Source: Planctomycetota bacterium
GTDB taxonomy: Bacteria; Planctomycetota; UBA8108; UBA1146
Assembly: GCA_036125855.1 (NCBI GenBank)
Contig: JAYZTT010000005.1
Location: forward strand, 179,059 to 243,058
DNA length: 64,000 bases
Reading direction: 5' to 3'
The notes beneath the pieces are model-generated. The model worked only from the letters and a program-made list of their open reading frames with translations. It was not told where the DNA came from and searched no databases. Positions 19,398-29,686 of the stretch are shown one piece after another. How positions within the stretch are numbered: the first letter of the stretch is position 1; each line of letters starts with the position of its first letter. The position numbers and the translations under genes were made by a program.

Positions 19398-22300
19398 CCT
19401 GGTCTGGACGGTTGCGTAACTTGGCCATGTACCCGGTACGCGGTTTCACGTTCAGCTCTGCTAGCATCTTGTAAGAACGGTGCGATTTCTGGGTCGCCGT
19501 CACGCGGCTCTCAGGATCCGCCAAATCCCCAAACGTGATGGCATTTGTCGGACAGGTCTGAGCGCAGGCCGGCAATACTTCACCGTCGGTCAGCTTGCGC
19601 CGTTCGTTATTGGCTCGAATCTTCGAGGAATTGATCCGCTGGACGCAGTAGGTGCACTTTTCCATCACCCCGCGAGATCGGATCGTGACCTCCGGGTTGT
19701 AACCCATCTTCTCGGTAACAGAAGGAGACTTGGTGTTATTGAAGTAGTTGAAGCGACGCACCTTGTAAGGACAGTTGTTGCTGCAGTAACGGGTGCCGAT
19801 ACAGCGGTTATAGACCATATCGTTGAGTCCCTCTTCGTTGTGCACGGTGGCAGCAACGGGGCAAACTTGCTCGCAAGGGGCATTCTCACACTGATTGCAT
19901 GTCAACGGTTGATGCACCACTTCGGGGTTATCGACATCTTCACCACTGAAGTAGCGATCGATCCGCATCCAGTGCATCTCGCGGCCATAAGCAACCTCGT
20001 CCTTGCCAACGACAGAGATGTTGTTTTCTGCCTGGCAGGCGACAACACAGGCACTACACCCAGTGCACACATTCAGATCGATGGACATCGCCCATCGATG
20101 GCTCTTGTACTCGTGCTCTTTCCAGAGGCTCTTGAGATCGGGGTGATGAGGACCTGCGTCCTCCACGGACTCCGCCACTTGTTGATGATCTGGAGTAAAT
20201 CCAGCCCCAACAACGCGCGCAAACTCACCCACTCTTCGCTGTTCTTCGTTGAATTCGAGATCGCCCATGAACTCTTCGGGACGAACTGGATTATGATCCT
20301 GGGTCGTCGCCAGCTGGTAGGTTCCCGAACCACGGGCAACACTGACCGGCGCATAGCCAGCACGGACCGCTTCGCTGCTTCGAAGCTGGTAACTATCAAA
20401 TCCCACGCCGTCGGCAATCTGATAGAGAGAAGGCTTGCGCGACAATCTTCCAGCGGCACGGTCAGACAGTAGCCGCCCGTAACCGAGCGAAACCCCTATC
20501 GTGCGAGGATTCTGACAGGGCAGCACGAAGGCGGGCATCTCGAGTTCACGCCCACCACTGGACAGCCGGATCATGTCTCCGGTTTTGATCCCCATCGAGG
20601 CCGCCTTGCTCGGCGCGATCTGGGCGCAGTTGTCCCAGGCAATCTTGGTGACCGGATCGGGCAGTTCCTGGAGCCAGCCATTATTGGCGTAGCGACCATC
20701 AAACAGCGAATGATCGGCCAGGAACACGATTTCGTCACCCTCGGGAACCTGCAGCGCACTCTCGATCGCCGCTCCCCAGCCTCCCCGGATCGCCGGAGCC
20801 GAGTCCACCGCGTTGGCGCTGTCTCGAATAAAACCGTCATGGAGCCAGCTTCGCCACGAGGCGTCCTTGTCAGAACCGGCCCTCGACTCCAGAACGCTTC
20901 GCACGAGGTCGTGACCAGATTGAGGTTTCTCATCGAGAAGTATGCTGAGGGTTTCTATCGAACTACGACCGTCGTACAGAGGAGCAATCAGAGGTTGCCG
21001 CAGTGTGATGGTTCCGTCCCAGCTGCGACCGTCACCCCATTCTTCAAGGAAATGAGTGCCATTAAGATGCCAGTCGCAGACCTCGGCGGTCTCATCTTCA
21101 TATTCCCCCAGATGGATGGAGAGAGGCACGCGATCAATCAGCTGCTGCCACGATTCATTCATCGCCGGAGCATCGTAAACAGGATTGGCACCCAGGATCA
21201 GCAAGGTTTCCACTTCTCCCGCCCGAATTCGATCGGCCAGGAGTGCAATGTCATCGATGTGGGCGAGACGTTCGGCGTTTTCGATCTCGGCAAAGCGTAG
21301 AGTTTTTCCAACAGCCCCGAGACCAATATTGATCGCGTGAGCCAGGGCATGAACCACTGGCGGTTGCCGGTCGCCAGCCATCACCAGGCAATTTCCTGCA
21401 TGGGATTTCAGATCCGCAGCCATCTGCAAAATCTGTTCATCGGTGACCTGAGTTGCCGAAACGATGGGTGCGATATCAGAAGGTAGAGAAACTCCGGTGG
21501 CCGCGGCCAGTTGAACCGCGATACCCGCAATGTCGGCAGTGCGCGCCGGAATCCGGACGTCGGCTGCCCCACCGGTCACAGACAGGCTACTCTCGACCGC
21601 CCACACGCGGCTCAGGACTGGTTCATCATCATCGGCAGAACTGCGCAGAGATGCCCAACCACTACTATGGGCCAGGCTGGCGGGGTGAGTCATCAACGGG
21701 TCAGCATCCAGGCACACCAGGACCCGTGCCGCTGAGAGATCTGCGACTGGACGCATCGGTCTGCCAAATAGCTGAGCAGTTCCCTGTCGCTCGGAGTCAC
21801 GATGAAGCGGAGCCCATTCATGCCATCGAGAGTTGGGAATTTTACGTAGCAACCGCTTGCGCATCATCGAGAGCGCCAGCGACGATTTCGGTGCTGCCAG
21901 CACCGCAACCTTGTCGGACTTCCCAGCCTCCGCGAGCATCTCGGCAGCAGCTTCCCAGCTGCCAGACACCCTGTGATCCCCATCTCGATGGGTAGGTGCA
22001 GAGCTACGACCGGGATCATAGAGCCCCAGTACACTGGCCTGCATCTGCGAGGTGGCTGAACCACTCTGGAATGGGTGGTCACCGTTGCCATCGACGCGGA
22101 TGGGTCGACCATCGTAACTGGTTACCAGGACCCCTTCAGCAACCTCCTGCTGCTCCCAGCACGAGGCGTAAGAGACCGGTACTCCGGGTGCTCTTCCCTC
22201 GGGACGACTGGTATGAGGAAGGATTTGCTGCTGCGGCCAGCGGCATCCGGCAAGTCCCCCCGCAAGAGCCACCGAGGCTCCCATCACCTTGAGGAAGTGA

Positions 22301-22452
22301 CGTCGGGAGGTGGAGTGGAACAACTCCGGAGCATGATTTGGAAATTCCTTCTCGATCAGGGTACGAAACTCGGGAGAGTCTGCATACTCGTCGAGACTAC
22401 GCCAGAGTGCCTGGCCCGGCTTCGAGCCGGTTTTATTTTTTATCGATGACAT
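19387..22452 (-). CDS. actB: Alternative complex III subunit ActB (molybdopterin-oxidoreductase-like + 4Fe-4S ferredoxin fusion, Tat signal)
   Basis: 1021 aa. Twin-arginine [18 protein letters not shown]. Multiple CxxCxxC...CP Fe-S motifs in the C-terminal part ([37 protein letters not shown]). Confidence 0.9.
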   Translation of the reverse strand: MSSIKNKTGSKPGQALWRSLDEYADSPEFRTLIEKEFPNHAPELFHSTSRRHFLKVMGASVALAGGLAGCRWPQQQILPHTSRPEGRAPGVPVSYASCWEQQEVAEGVLVTSYDGRPIRVDGNGDHPFQSGSATSQMQASVLGLYDPGRSSAPTHRDGDHRVSGSWEAAAEMLAEAGKSDKVAVLAAPKSSLALSMMRKRLLRKIPNSRWHEWAPLHRDSERQGTAQLFGRPMRPVADLSAARVLVCLDADPLMTHPASLAHSSGWASLRSSADDDEPVLSRVWAVESSLSVTGGAADVRIPARTADIAGIAVQLAAATGVSLPSDIAPIVSATQVTDEQILQMAADLKSHAGNCLVMAGDRQPPVVHALAHAINIGLGAVGKTLRFAEIENAERLAHIDDIALLADRIRAGEVETLLILGANPVYDAPAMNESWQQLIDRVPLSIHLGEYEDETAEVCDWHLNGTHFLEEWGDGRSWDGTITLRQPLIAPLYDGRSSIETLSILLDEKPQSGHDLVRSVLESRAGSDKDASWRSWLHDGFIRDSANAVDSAPAIRGGWGAAIESALQVPEGDEIVFLADHSLFDGRYANNGWLQELPDPVTKIAWDNCAQIAPSKAASMGIKTGDMIRLSSGGRELEMPAFVLPCQNPRTIGVSLGYGRLLSDRAAGRLSRKPSLYQIADGVGFDSYQLRSSEAVRAGYAPVSVARGSGTYQLATTQDHNPVRPEEFMGDLEFNEEQRRVGEFARVVGAGFTPDHQQVAESVEDAGPHHPDLKSLWKEHEYKSHRWAMSIDLNVCTGCSACVVACQAENNISVVGKDEVAYGREMHWMRIDRYFSGEDVDNPEVVHQPLTCNQCENAPCEQVCPVAATVHNEEGLNDMVYNRCIGTRYCSNNCPYKVRRFNYFNNTKSPSVTEKMGYNPEVTIRSRGVMEKCTYCVQRINSSKIRANNERRKLTDGEVLPACAQTCPTNAITFGDLADPESRVTATQKSHRSYKMLAELNVKPRTGYMAKLRNRPDQDEG

Positions 22453-23135
22453 GTGGAACAGTTCGTCATGAGGGTCATACGTGTCGTCGGATGTCCCGAC
22501 TCGTCATACAACCCCAAGCCCTTCATGATTTCGCTACCCTGATCAATCTTCTCTTGTTCCGTACGTTCCATACCCCAGCCGAGATCAGTGACTTTATCCA
22601 CCGGCCTCAGGTGAGGTGCCGGGTCTCTATGACACTCGAGGCACCATCCCATGCTGAGTGGTTTGACCTGATGTACTTCTTCCATGTGGTCAACACGTCC
22701 GTGACATTCAACGCAGGAGACTCCCCTTGTGACATGGGCACTGTGGTTGAAGTAGACGTAATCGGGCAGGTCATGAACCTTGATCCAGCGGACAGGCAGC
22801 CCGGTGCGGAAAGAGGAGCGGACCGGTTCCAGATTGACACTGGTCGGTTCAATCTTCTCATGGCAGTTCATGCAAGTTTGCGTTGGTGGAATCGCAGCAA
22901 ATCCAGCGCTCTCGACGGTGGTGTGGCAATAACGGCAATCCAGTCCTAGCTCACCCACATGCAATGCGTGACTGTACGGCACCGGTTGCTCCGGCATGTA
23001 CCCGGCGCTGATCGTCTTCGGTGAGAAACCGAAATAGATCATCAATACGACATAGATTCCGGTGACGGCAGCCCCGGCCCCGACCAGTTTCAGAAGTTGA
23101 TCCATCCAGGGACGGAAGATTGGATCGCGACTCAT
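22440..23135 (-). CDS. actA: Alternative complex III subunit ActA (pentaheme cytochrome c)
   Basis: Five CxxCH motifs (CRYCH, CMNCH, CVECH, CLECH, CSTCH), N-terminal TM anchor, AGGAGGA RBS. Confidence 0.9.
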   Translation of the reverse strand: MSRDPIFRPWMDQLLKLVGAGAAVTGIYVVLMIYFGFSPKTISAGYMPEQPVPYSHALHVGELGLDCRYCHTTVESAGFAAIPPTQTCMNCHEKIEPTSVNLEPVRSSFRTGLPVRWIKVHDLPDYVYFNHSAHVTRGVSCVECHGRVDHMEEVHQVKPLSMGWCLECHRDPAPHLRPVDKVTDLGWGMERTEQEKIDQGSEIMKGLGLYDESGHPTTRMTLMTNCSTCHR

Positions 23136-23449
23136 CGTTTAGGAAATCCTCCTACCGCACATCGTCAAAGCGGCTTGCCGAAAAATCTCGATACAAAGCG
23201 CATTACTACAGCTGAAGGAAAAGAAATGAGGACAGGGCAATAACACCTGTCAGCAAACGTTCCTTTTCAGCGCAGTTTCAATCACTCCATCTCCCCCGTT
23301 ACCAACGTCGTAAGTTGGCCTCCACGCACCGGTCTCCTCAAGAGAGGGAAAGGTAGCAACGACTGCTCATCAGGCCAAACGAACTCGAACATAATTTAGG
23401 ATTTTTTCTGTCGGGTGCTGCTCGATCATTGCCCCTTGTAAAGTCAGCT

Positions 23450-24778
23450 TCAGCGACGCCAACGGAAGGACCAGCAGGTGAGGGAGACTGCCAGACTGAG
23501 GATCAGGGCACCAAAAGTCTGGTGAGAGGTCGCCACCAGGGTTTCCAGGGTGCCACTGGAAGCGATTCGCACCTGGGAGCCGGTCATTGCCAGAGTCGCA
23601 AACCCCAGAGCCACCTGAACTACCGCACAAATCACCAGCGTGATGCCCAGCCTCGCTCGCATCGGAAGCATCGTCGGGAGACCACCACGAACCCCGATCA
23701 GGACGATCAGGGTGAGAATCACGAACGAAGCCAGCAGGTGAGGAATCACCCAATCGCGGGAGATGTGGCGCGCCAGGGCCCCCATCGTCAACTGGATCAT
23801 CAACAATACGACCAGCAACGAGGAGCACCAGCGATCGAGTCGATCCGCGCCCCCCGCTGGCGCGCTCCGCCAGGTGGATGCTGACAGGGTGACGATGACG
23901 GCCAGCAGCGCCAGGAAGCACTGGCCATGCACCCCGTGGTTCACGCGCAAGAACAGGCTGAGAGAAGATTCACCCCAGTGGGCAACCTGACCATCGACGA
24001 CCGTTGCTGATTCGACCTCGGTCACCCGCAGTCCCCCCATGACACCCTGGGCCACCACCTGGAGAACCGCCACCATCCCGAGAATGGTGAGGGGCCGGCT
24101 TGCTGCTCTCCTCCACAGGTAAATCGCCAGGGAGATGGTCACCAGCCCGACCAGAGCACCAAACAGACGATGGGCATGCTCGAAATAGATCCCTCCGGTC
24201 ATTCGTGAGAGCGGCAACAGGAACATATTGCTGCCGTAGGAATCGGGCCAATCAGGGACCGCCATCCCGGCCTCTTCACTGGTCACCAGACCGCCGATTC
24301 CAACCAGGATCAGGGTCGCGAAAAAGGTGGTCCAGGTCATCAGGGATAGCCCCTGCTGGCGAGTGGAAGATCGCCCCTTGCCACTCCAGGCACCCAGGAT
24401 TGAACAGCCAACACAAATTGAGATGAAAAACAGGAAAGACACGGCAAGCGCCAACCAGGTGCTGCTGGTGGTCGGCTCCCCCTCTGGTACGACAAAGGTA
24501 CCGAGCACCAGCAGGTCGAAGATCGCCACCGTGACACCACACACGATCCCCGCCTTGATCCGCTCGGGAGATCTCGATGCAGCCCAGCGGCCACCGAGCA
24601 CCACCAGGCCAATCAGCAGAAAAAAGAGCAGCGCCGGAGGACCCTCGATGAACGGGAGACGGACCATGTAGCCGGTGGTCCACATCGCCACGGCAGTGGC
24701 AATTCCGACCGGAATCACCGCAGAAAGGAGATCTGCTGGCAATTCACCCTTCAATCCCTGGTCGAGTCTCTCGGACAT
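23450..24778 (-). CDS. ctaA: Heme A synthase (CtaA/COX15 family) with N-terminal ~130 aa four-helix extension
   Basis: Core begins near LVTSEEAGMAVPDWP with conserved EHAHRLFG. 442 aa is longer than typical bacterial CtaA. Confidence 0.75.
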   Translation of the reverse strand: MSERLDQGLKGELPADLLSAVIPVGIATAVAMWTTGYMVRLPFIEGPPALLFFLLIGLVVLGGRWAASRSPERIKAGIVCGVTVAIFDLLVLGTFVVPEGEPTTSSTWLALAVSFLFFISICVGCSILGAWSGKGRSSTRQQGLSLMTWTTFFATLILVGIGGLVTSEEAGMAVPDWPDSYGSNMFLLPLSRMTGGIYFEHAHRLFGALVGLVTISLAIYLWRRAASRPLTILGMVAVLQVVAQGVMGGLRVTEVESATVVDGQVAHWGESSLSLFLRVNHGVHGQCFLALLAVIVTLSASTWRSAPAGGADRLDRWCSSLLVVLLMIQLTMGALARHISRDWVIPHLLASFVILTLIVLIGVRGGLPTMLPMRARLGITLVICAVVQVALGFATLAMTGSQVRIASSGTLETLVATSHQTFGALILSLAVSLTCWSFRWRR

Positions 24779-25031
24779 TTTTCCTCTATCGACAACCGAT
24801 TGGGTGCAAATTTTCCGACCGAGAGCCCCAGCGAAGCAGCACCTGGCAACTTCTCGATCACAGATCCTGGGTCCGGGAGAAACGCCGGATCCAGCTCCAC
24901 CGATCCGATTTCAGCTACGAAATGCGGCATCCTTCGTCGAGGCCGTGATCGCGGACTCCCAGCTCCACTATTGAGATCCCCAGTGCCTCCAACCGCTTGA
25001 TTCTGACCAATTGAATCCAAATCGGTACCAC

Positions 25032-25060
25032 TTCACGAATGCCCCCTCCTGTGAGATAAT
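25032..25060 (+). promoter_or_regulatory. Candidate sigma70-type promoter (TTCACG-17-TGaGATAAT, extended -10) for the secreted-protein gene
   Basis: Found in the AT-richer 550 nt intergenic region, about 270 nt upstream of the ATG at 25333. Consensus assumed from model bacteria. Confidence 0.2.
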
Positions 25061-25332
25061 AGCCCCGGCTGGTGCCTGAAAGGCAAATTAATGCCTGGGT
25101 GTCAAAATTAAATTGAATGCTCTCCTTACCGTTCCTTGAACGCGGCTTGCCCATTCATGTGGGCTCAGTCGTAATCGCTGGGGAGCTGGTGCTGGGCGTA
25201 ACAGGACAGAAGTGGTGGAAATCATTGGATTCTTCAGCAAGGGAGTCCCTCGTTGATACTCAGTCCCTTGCACAAACAGTGAGTTGCTGTTTTCAGGAGA
25301 ACCAACAAGAGAGGAAACGAACAGTGTATTCC

Positions 25333-27798
25333 ATGATTCGAGTGATCTGCGTTTTGTTTTTGGTATCGGGATTTGTCCACGGCCAACCGGATGTGATCGT
25401 CGGTGACTTGCCTTCAACAAACGCCTATGGATCCAACGTGGTGAATGGCGAGACGATCTTTGCTTATTCGGTCGCCACCACTTCATGCAACATTGGTACC
25501 CAGAACCTCGACTGGATTGCAAATAACAACCGTCATCCGGTCATCGCTCAGGAAATGTGGAGACTCCACGATGGGCGCTTCTCCAAGATCGGTGGTTCCT
25601 GGCTCAAGCACGGCTTCTGTGCACTGCAAAATACAGGGCTCTGCCCTGGCTGCGGTGGCGGCGGCGGGTGCCTGTCCTTCTTGACTCCTGGCTGTGCCGA
25701 TCCGTATTCCGCGGGCCTCAACGGTAACCAGAGCAACCTCGGGCCTCGCTCCCAGGTCGATGCCTTCACCGGCTTCTTTCCCTATCCGTACAACGCACCA
25801 CCGATCCCCGGTGGCCAGGGGACCATCGCTCGTCGTCTGCAGGTCAAGGAGAGCGATCTGCTGAACGCCAACTTCCCGGGTGCACTCTACTTCGTGAGCG
25901 GACAGTACGTGGCCCTGGATGATGCCGAAGCGGGAAACCAGGCCAACAATTCCTCCTACCGGCGGGTAAACGTCTCCCAGGCTGGCAATCACAATCTCAG
26001 CTTCATCGGCTCAACCCAGATGGAGCAACCGGCGATCCAGGCGTGGCAGGACTTCCAACCCACCGTCACCCTTGTTGATGTTCAGGTTCCCAATGAAGGT
26101 CTCTTCATCGCAGGATACGACGTCATCGATAATCAGGACGGTACCTTCAATTACGAATACGCGATCCTGAACCTTTATTCACATCGGAGCGCCAGCTCCT
26201 TCACCGTTCCTTATCCCGCTGGTGCATCCATCATCAGTCACGGTTTCCATGACACGGACTGGCATAGCGGCGAAACCGTCGACGGAACCGAATGGACAGC
26301 GACCCTCAATCCAGGCCTCGGAATTACCTGGTCCACCGAAACCTTTGCCGAGAATCCGGATGCGAATGCACTTCGCTGGGCGAAGATGTTCAACTTCTAC
26401 TTCACCTGCGACGCTCCACCGGCGGACAACACAGCGACGATGGGATTGTACAGACCAGGTACACCAACGGAGATGTCCTTCACCGTCTCAGCCCCTTCAG
26501 GCAACTTCCTTCCCGCCGTACAGGAGCTCACCTGTAGCGTCGGACCGACCGTAGATCCCTCCGTCGATCTCTCCTGGATCAACGGTGAAAGCTACACTGC
26601 CATCACCGTCCGCAGAAATGGAACGGTGCTCGCAGTACTCGGTGGATCGGAAACCAGCTACACCGATACCGACGCGTCCTACGGCAACAGCGTCTACACG
26701 GTTCAGGGCGAACAGGGCGCAGTACCCTCGGCCGCCATGCCTTGCGAGATGACCATTGCTCCCTTGTCGCAGACCAACTTCAGTTGTTCCCAGCTGGATC
26801 CAGATAGCAACTCGGTTTCTCTCTCCTGGACCAACGGGATGACCTACGACGCCATCGAGATCCATCGCAACGGCGCCTTGATTGCAACCCTGGGAGGTTC
26901 TGCTAGCCAGTACGCCGATAGCGCGGCTGCCGTCAGCACCCATGTCTACGAGATGACTGCCAGCGTCGGCGGGTTCGACGCGGAAACTCTCTCTTGCAAC
27001 ATCACCGTCCTTCCCCCTCCACCGCTGGGCTTCACCTTGCTGGCTCCAGCTGTCGATGCGGGATACGACACGAGTACGGGAGTGGGACAATTCACTGTCG
27101 ACCTCGGTGGAATTGAAGATAGCACCAACACCGGATTCCCCAACTCGGTGACCGGATATTCCCTGGCCATGGTGTTTGACAGTAACCTGCTGATCGCCAC
27201 AGGGATCAGCGAGGATGTCGTCCCCTCCGATCTCGACTTCTTCGATGGCCAGTTTGGTGGCGGTTTCGTCACCATCGGTGCGGTCGTGGATTTCCTGAGC
27301 ACGACCTCTCTCGACCTCTCTGCAGAGGTGAAATTGGCCCAGGTCAGCTTCTCCACCAATCCTGGAGGATTGATCAACCAGACCGAAACCATCGTCACGG
27401 CACTGACCTGGCAAAATGGTGTCATCGGCGGCTCCCTACCTGTCGACAACCTGATCGTGGTGGGCAGCAACCCGATGCCCCCTGCTTTCTCAGACGGACA
27501 GGTCACCCTGTCGCCTGGAGCCGGAGTGACCTTCGTACGTGGTGACATCAATGGCGATGACGCCGTCAATATTGCCGATGCTGTCGCGGGGCTCACCTAC
27601 CTGTTCAGTGCTGGCCCAGCAAGCTGCATCGATGCGGTGGATACAAACGACGATGGCCTGGCCAATGTTGCCGATGGCGTTTTCCTGCTGTCATTCCTCT
27701 TCTCCGGTGGACCGGCGCCTTCCGCGCCTTTCCCGGGTTGCGGATCGGACCCGACCAACGATGCGTTGGAATGTGACGAGTTCAACGCCTGCCCATAA
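25333..27798 (+). CDS. Secreted multidomain protein with C-terminal dockerin-like Ca-binding tandem module
   Basis: Signal peptide MIRVICVLFLVSGFVHG. C-terminal GDINGDDAVNIADAV...DTNDDGLANVADGV repeats resemble dockerin type I. Internal duplicated ~100 aa domains. Confidence 0.8.
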   Translation: MIRVICVLFLVSGFVHGQPDVIVGDLPSTNAYGSNVVNGETIFAYSVATTSCNIGTQNLDWIANNNRHPVIAQEMWRLHDGRFSKIGGSWLKHGFCALQNTGLCPGCGGGGGCLSFLTPGCADPYSAGLNGNQSNLGPRSQVDAFTGFFPYPYNAPPIPGGQGTIARRLQVKESDLLNANFPGALYFVSGQYVALDDAEAGNQANNSSYRRVNVSQAGNHNLSFIGSTQMEQPAIQAWQDFQPTVTLVDVQVPNEGLFIAGYDVIDNQDGTFNYEYAILNLYSHRSASSFTVPYPAGASIISHGFHDTDWHSGETVDGTEWTATLNPGLGITWSTETFAENPDANALRWAKMFNFYFTCDAPPADNTATMGLYRPGTPTEMSFTVSAPSGNFLPAVQELTCSVGPTVDPSVDLSWINGESYTAITVRRNGTVLAVLGGSETSYTDTDASYGNSVYTVQGEQGAVPSAAMPCEMTIAPLSQTNFSCSQLDPDSNSVSLSWTNGMTYDAIEIHRNGALIATLGGSASQYADSAAAVSTHVYEMTASVGGFDAETLSCNITVLPPPPLGFTLLAPAVDAGYDTSTGVGQFTVDLGGIEDSTNTGFPNSVTGYSLAMVFDSNLLIATGISEDVVPSDLDFFDGQFGGGFVTIGAVVDFLSTTSLDLSAEVKLAQVSFSTNPGGLINQTETIVTALTWQNGVIGGSLPVDNLIVVGSNPMPPAFSDGQVTLSPGAGVTFVRGDINGDDAVNIADAVAGLTYLFSAGPASCIDAVDTNDDGLANVADGVFLLSFLFSGGPAPSAPFPGCGSDPTNDALECDEFNACP
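26530..27000 (+). repeat. Tandem duplication of a ~100 aa domain within the secreted protein (about 45% identity between copies)
   Basis: VDLSWINGESYTAITVRRNGTVLAVLGGSETSY aligns with VSLSWTNGMTYDAIEIHRNGALIATLGGSASQY. Confidence 0.5.
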
Positions 27799-27826
27799 TC
27801 GATCCCTCTTCAGGTGATCGACCAAA

Positions 27827-27868
27827 CCGGGCGCGAGAACGTATTGTTCTCGCGCCCGGTTTTTCTTT
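27827..27868 (+). terminator. Rho-independent terminator: 14 bp GC-rich stem (CCGGGCGCGAGAAC/GTTCTCGCGCCCGG), 5 nt loop, TTTTTCTTT tail
   Basis: Perfect inverted repeat 27827-27840 / 27846-27859 followed by a T-run. Sits between convergent genes; AAA precedes the stem, so it may act in both directions. Confidence 0.7.
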
Positions 27869-27905
27869 GACTCGAGAGTCTCAGCTTTCGCTCATCATCG
27901 ATTCT

Positions 27906-29330
27906 TCAAACGCGAGTCTGCAGCCAATGTCGACGTCGAATCACCCAGGCCAGCAGCGAGCTGCGGACAATCCAGTCAAGAACCGTGGCGACCCAGACAC
28001 CATGGAGACCGAGATCCGGCAAACCGAAATATCCGTGTCCCAGAATCCAGGCAAGGGGAACACGGACTCCCCAGGAGCCGACCGCCGTGATCCCCATCAC
28101 GGGGATATTGGCACCGGCGCCACGCAAGCTACCGGTCAACGATTCAGCCACCATCAAGAAGGGCACCTCGATGGCTCCGATCATCAAGCAGCTGGCCGCC
28201 AGAACAGCGGTTTCTCCACGAATCCCGAACAAGCCGGTGAGGGTCTCAGCAAACAACAGAAACAGCACCATCACCGGCATGATCAGCAATAAACCGAGAC
28301 GGGAGGAGCGCCAGGCACTGGTCTGCGCCCGATCCTTGAATCCAGCCCCCAGCAGACGACCCGAGACGCTGGCAGCAGCTGCCTGGAAACCGTGGGCGGG
28401 TAAGAATGCCATCGACTGGATCGCAATCGCGATACGATGGGCGGCCATGGCGGTCGAATCGAGGCCAAAGATCGCGAATTGATAGACGACGAAACCGGAG
28501 TGAAACAATAACGCAGCTCCCAGAGCCGGAGCGCTGAGCCGGACAATCTCGCGGGCCTGCTGTTGGTCGAACCGGAACCAGGCCGCGAAACTCAGAGATA
28601 GTCTTCCGGTCTTGCGCAGCATAATCACCGACATGATCAGCAAGACTTCAGCCAGAGGAGCCAGGCCTGTCGCAAGACCAACCCCCTCGAGTCCCATCTT
28701 GGGCGCCCCCCACAGCCCAAAGAGAAGCATCGCATTGCCGACAATATTGGCCACGTTTCCGACAACGCCACCGAGCACCGGCAGTAGCGACTCACCAGCT
28801 CCGCGCAGCGTAGCTTCCAGGGTCACCGCCAGAGCCCGGAGTGGGAATAGCAACAGGAACCACTTCAGATAACCCTCGGCATCTCGAGAAATCGCCGTGT
28901 TGACCACGGAGTCCTGATTGCCCAGCTGGCCTTCCAGAAAAGTGATGCAGGGTCCGCGACCGAAGATTCCTGCACAGGTCACGATTCCACCGAGCAATAC
29001 CGCCATCATCATCGCGGTAGAACTTGCAGTGGAAGCTCGATCCTTGCGGTTTTCACCGGTACGCCTGGCCACGATGGCACTGGCTCCGATGGCGGTGACC
29101 GTAAAGATGGTGGTCAATGACCAGCACAGGGGCGACACCAGATTCAGTGCCGCTAGCGAACCATCCTCACCACCGGAGGCCTGTGCGACCATGCGGGTGT
29201 CTACGATGAACTGGATGGTGTGAAGGAGATACTGAAGGATCGCGGGGATTGCCAGACGCAGGATCTCCGCATCGAGCTGCCGCCCTGGCAATCCTGATCG
29301 CAGTTCTTCCGGCGGCTGATTCTCGATCAC
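27906..29330 (-). CDS. MATE-family multidrug/oligosaccharidyl-lipid efflux transporter
   Basis: 474 aa, 12 TM, conserved MATE N-terminal region. Confidence 0.85.
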   Translation of the reverse strand: MIENQPPEELRSGLPGRQLDAEILRLAIPAILQYLLHTIQFIVDTRMVAQASGGEDGSLAALNLVSPLCWSLTTIFTVTAIGASAIVARRTGENRKDRASTASSTAMMMAVLLGGIVTCAGIFGRGPCITFLEGQLGNQDSVVNTAISRDAEGYLKWFLLLFPLRALAVTLEATLRGAGESLLPVLGGVVGNVANIVGNAMLLFGLWGAPKMGLEGVGLATGLAPLAEVLLIMSVIMLRKTGRLSLSFAAWFRFDQQQAREIVRLSAPALGAALLFHSGFVVYQFAIFGLDSTAMAAHRIAIAIQSMAFLPAHGFQAAAASVSGRLLGAGFKDRAQTSAWRSSRLGLLLIMPVMVLFLLFAETLTGLFGIRGETAVLAASCLMIGAIEVPFLMVAESLTGSLRGAGANIPVMGITAVGSWGVRVPLAWILGHGYFGLPDLGLHGVWVATVLDWIVRSSLLAWVIRRRHWLQTRV

Positions 29331-29341
29331 TGAAAACCGAT

Positions 29342-29686
29342 CTATCGCTGATTTGATTCGATGCGATCCAGTATTGCTTCAATCCTCTGGACTCGAGATT
29401 GAGCACGGGAGACCTGATTTTCAATTCGCAGAAGAACTTCTCGATCGATTTGACGTCCCGATTCCGACCTGACCTGTAGAGCCATGGTAATCTTCTTGAG
29501 GTGATCGGTCTGTTGCCGAACCTCCAGGCGCAACATCTCTATCTCCTGATCCGTCACCTGTGAAGCGGCAGCAGGATCGATCAGCGGGTGATGGGCATCC
29601 TGCTGGCGAGAACATCCGGAATCCGCCAACAGCAGCAGCGTTGATAGAAACAGCAGCGCTCTGGGGTCACCGGTTCTAGTGCTCAT
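29342..29686 (-). CDS. Small secreted/lipoprotein-like coiled-coil protein
   Basis: Start at MSTRTG. Signal-like LLFLSTLLLLADSGC, then a heptad-rich segment. 11 nt overlap with the aroB 3' end. Confidence 0.45.
   Translation of the reverse strand: MSTRTGDPRALLFLSTLLLLADSGCSRQQDAHHPLIDPAAASQVTDQEIEMLRLEVRQQTDHLKKITMALQVRSESGRQIDREVLLRIENQVSRAQSRVQRIEAILDRIESNQR

Noticed and set aside
19480-20472. 330 aa plus-strand ORF inside actB
   Set aside because: It is antisense to the 1021 aa ActB with intact Fe-S and Tat motifs. The ORF protein is low-complexity and Arg/Gly-rich.
26497-27414. 305 aa and 216 aa minus-strand ORFs inside the secreted-protein gene
   Set aside because: They are antisense to a gene with a signal peptide, an internal domain duplication and a dockerin-like end. 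Their composition is Gly/Asp/Val-biased, typical of antisense translation.
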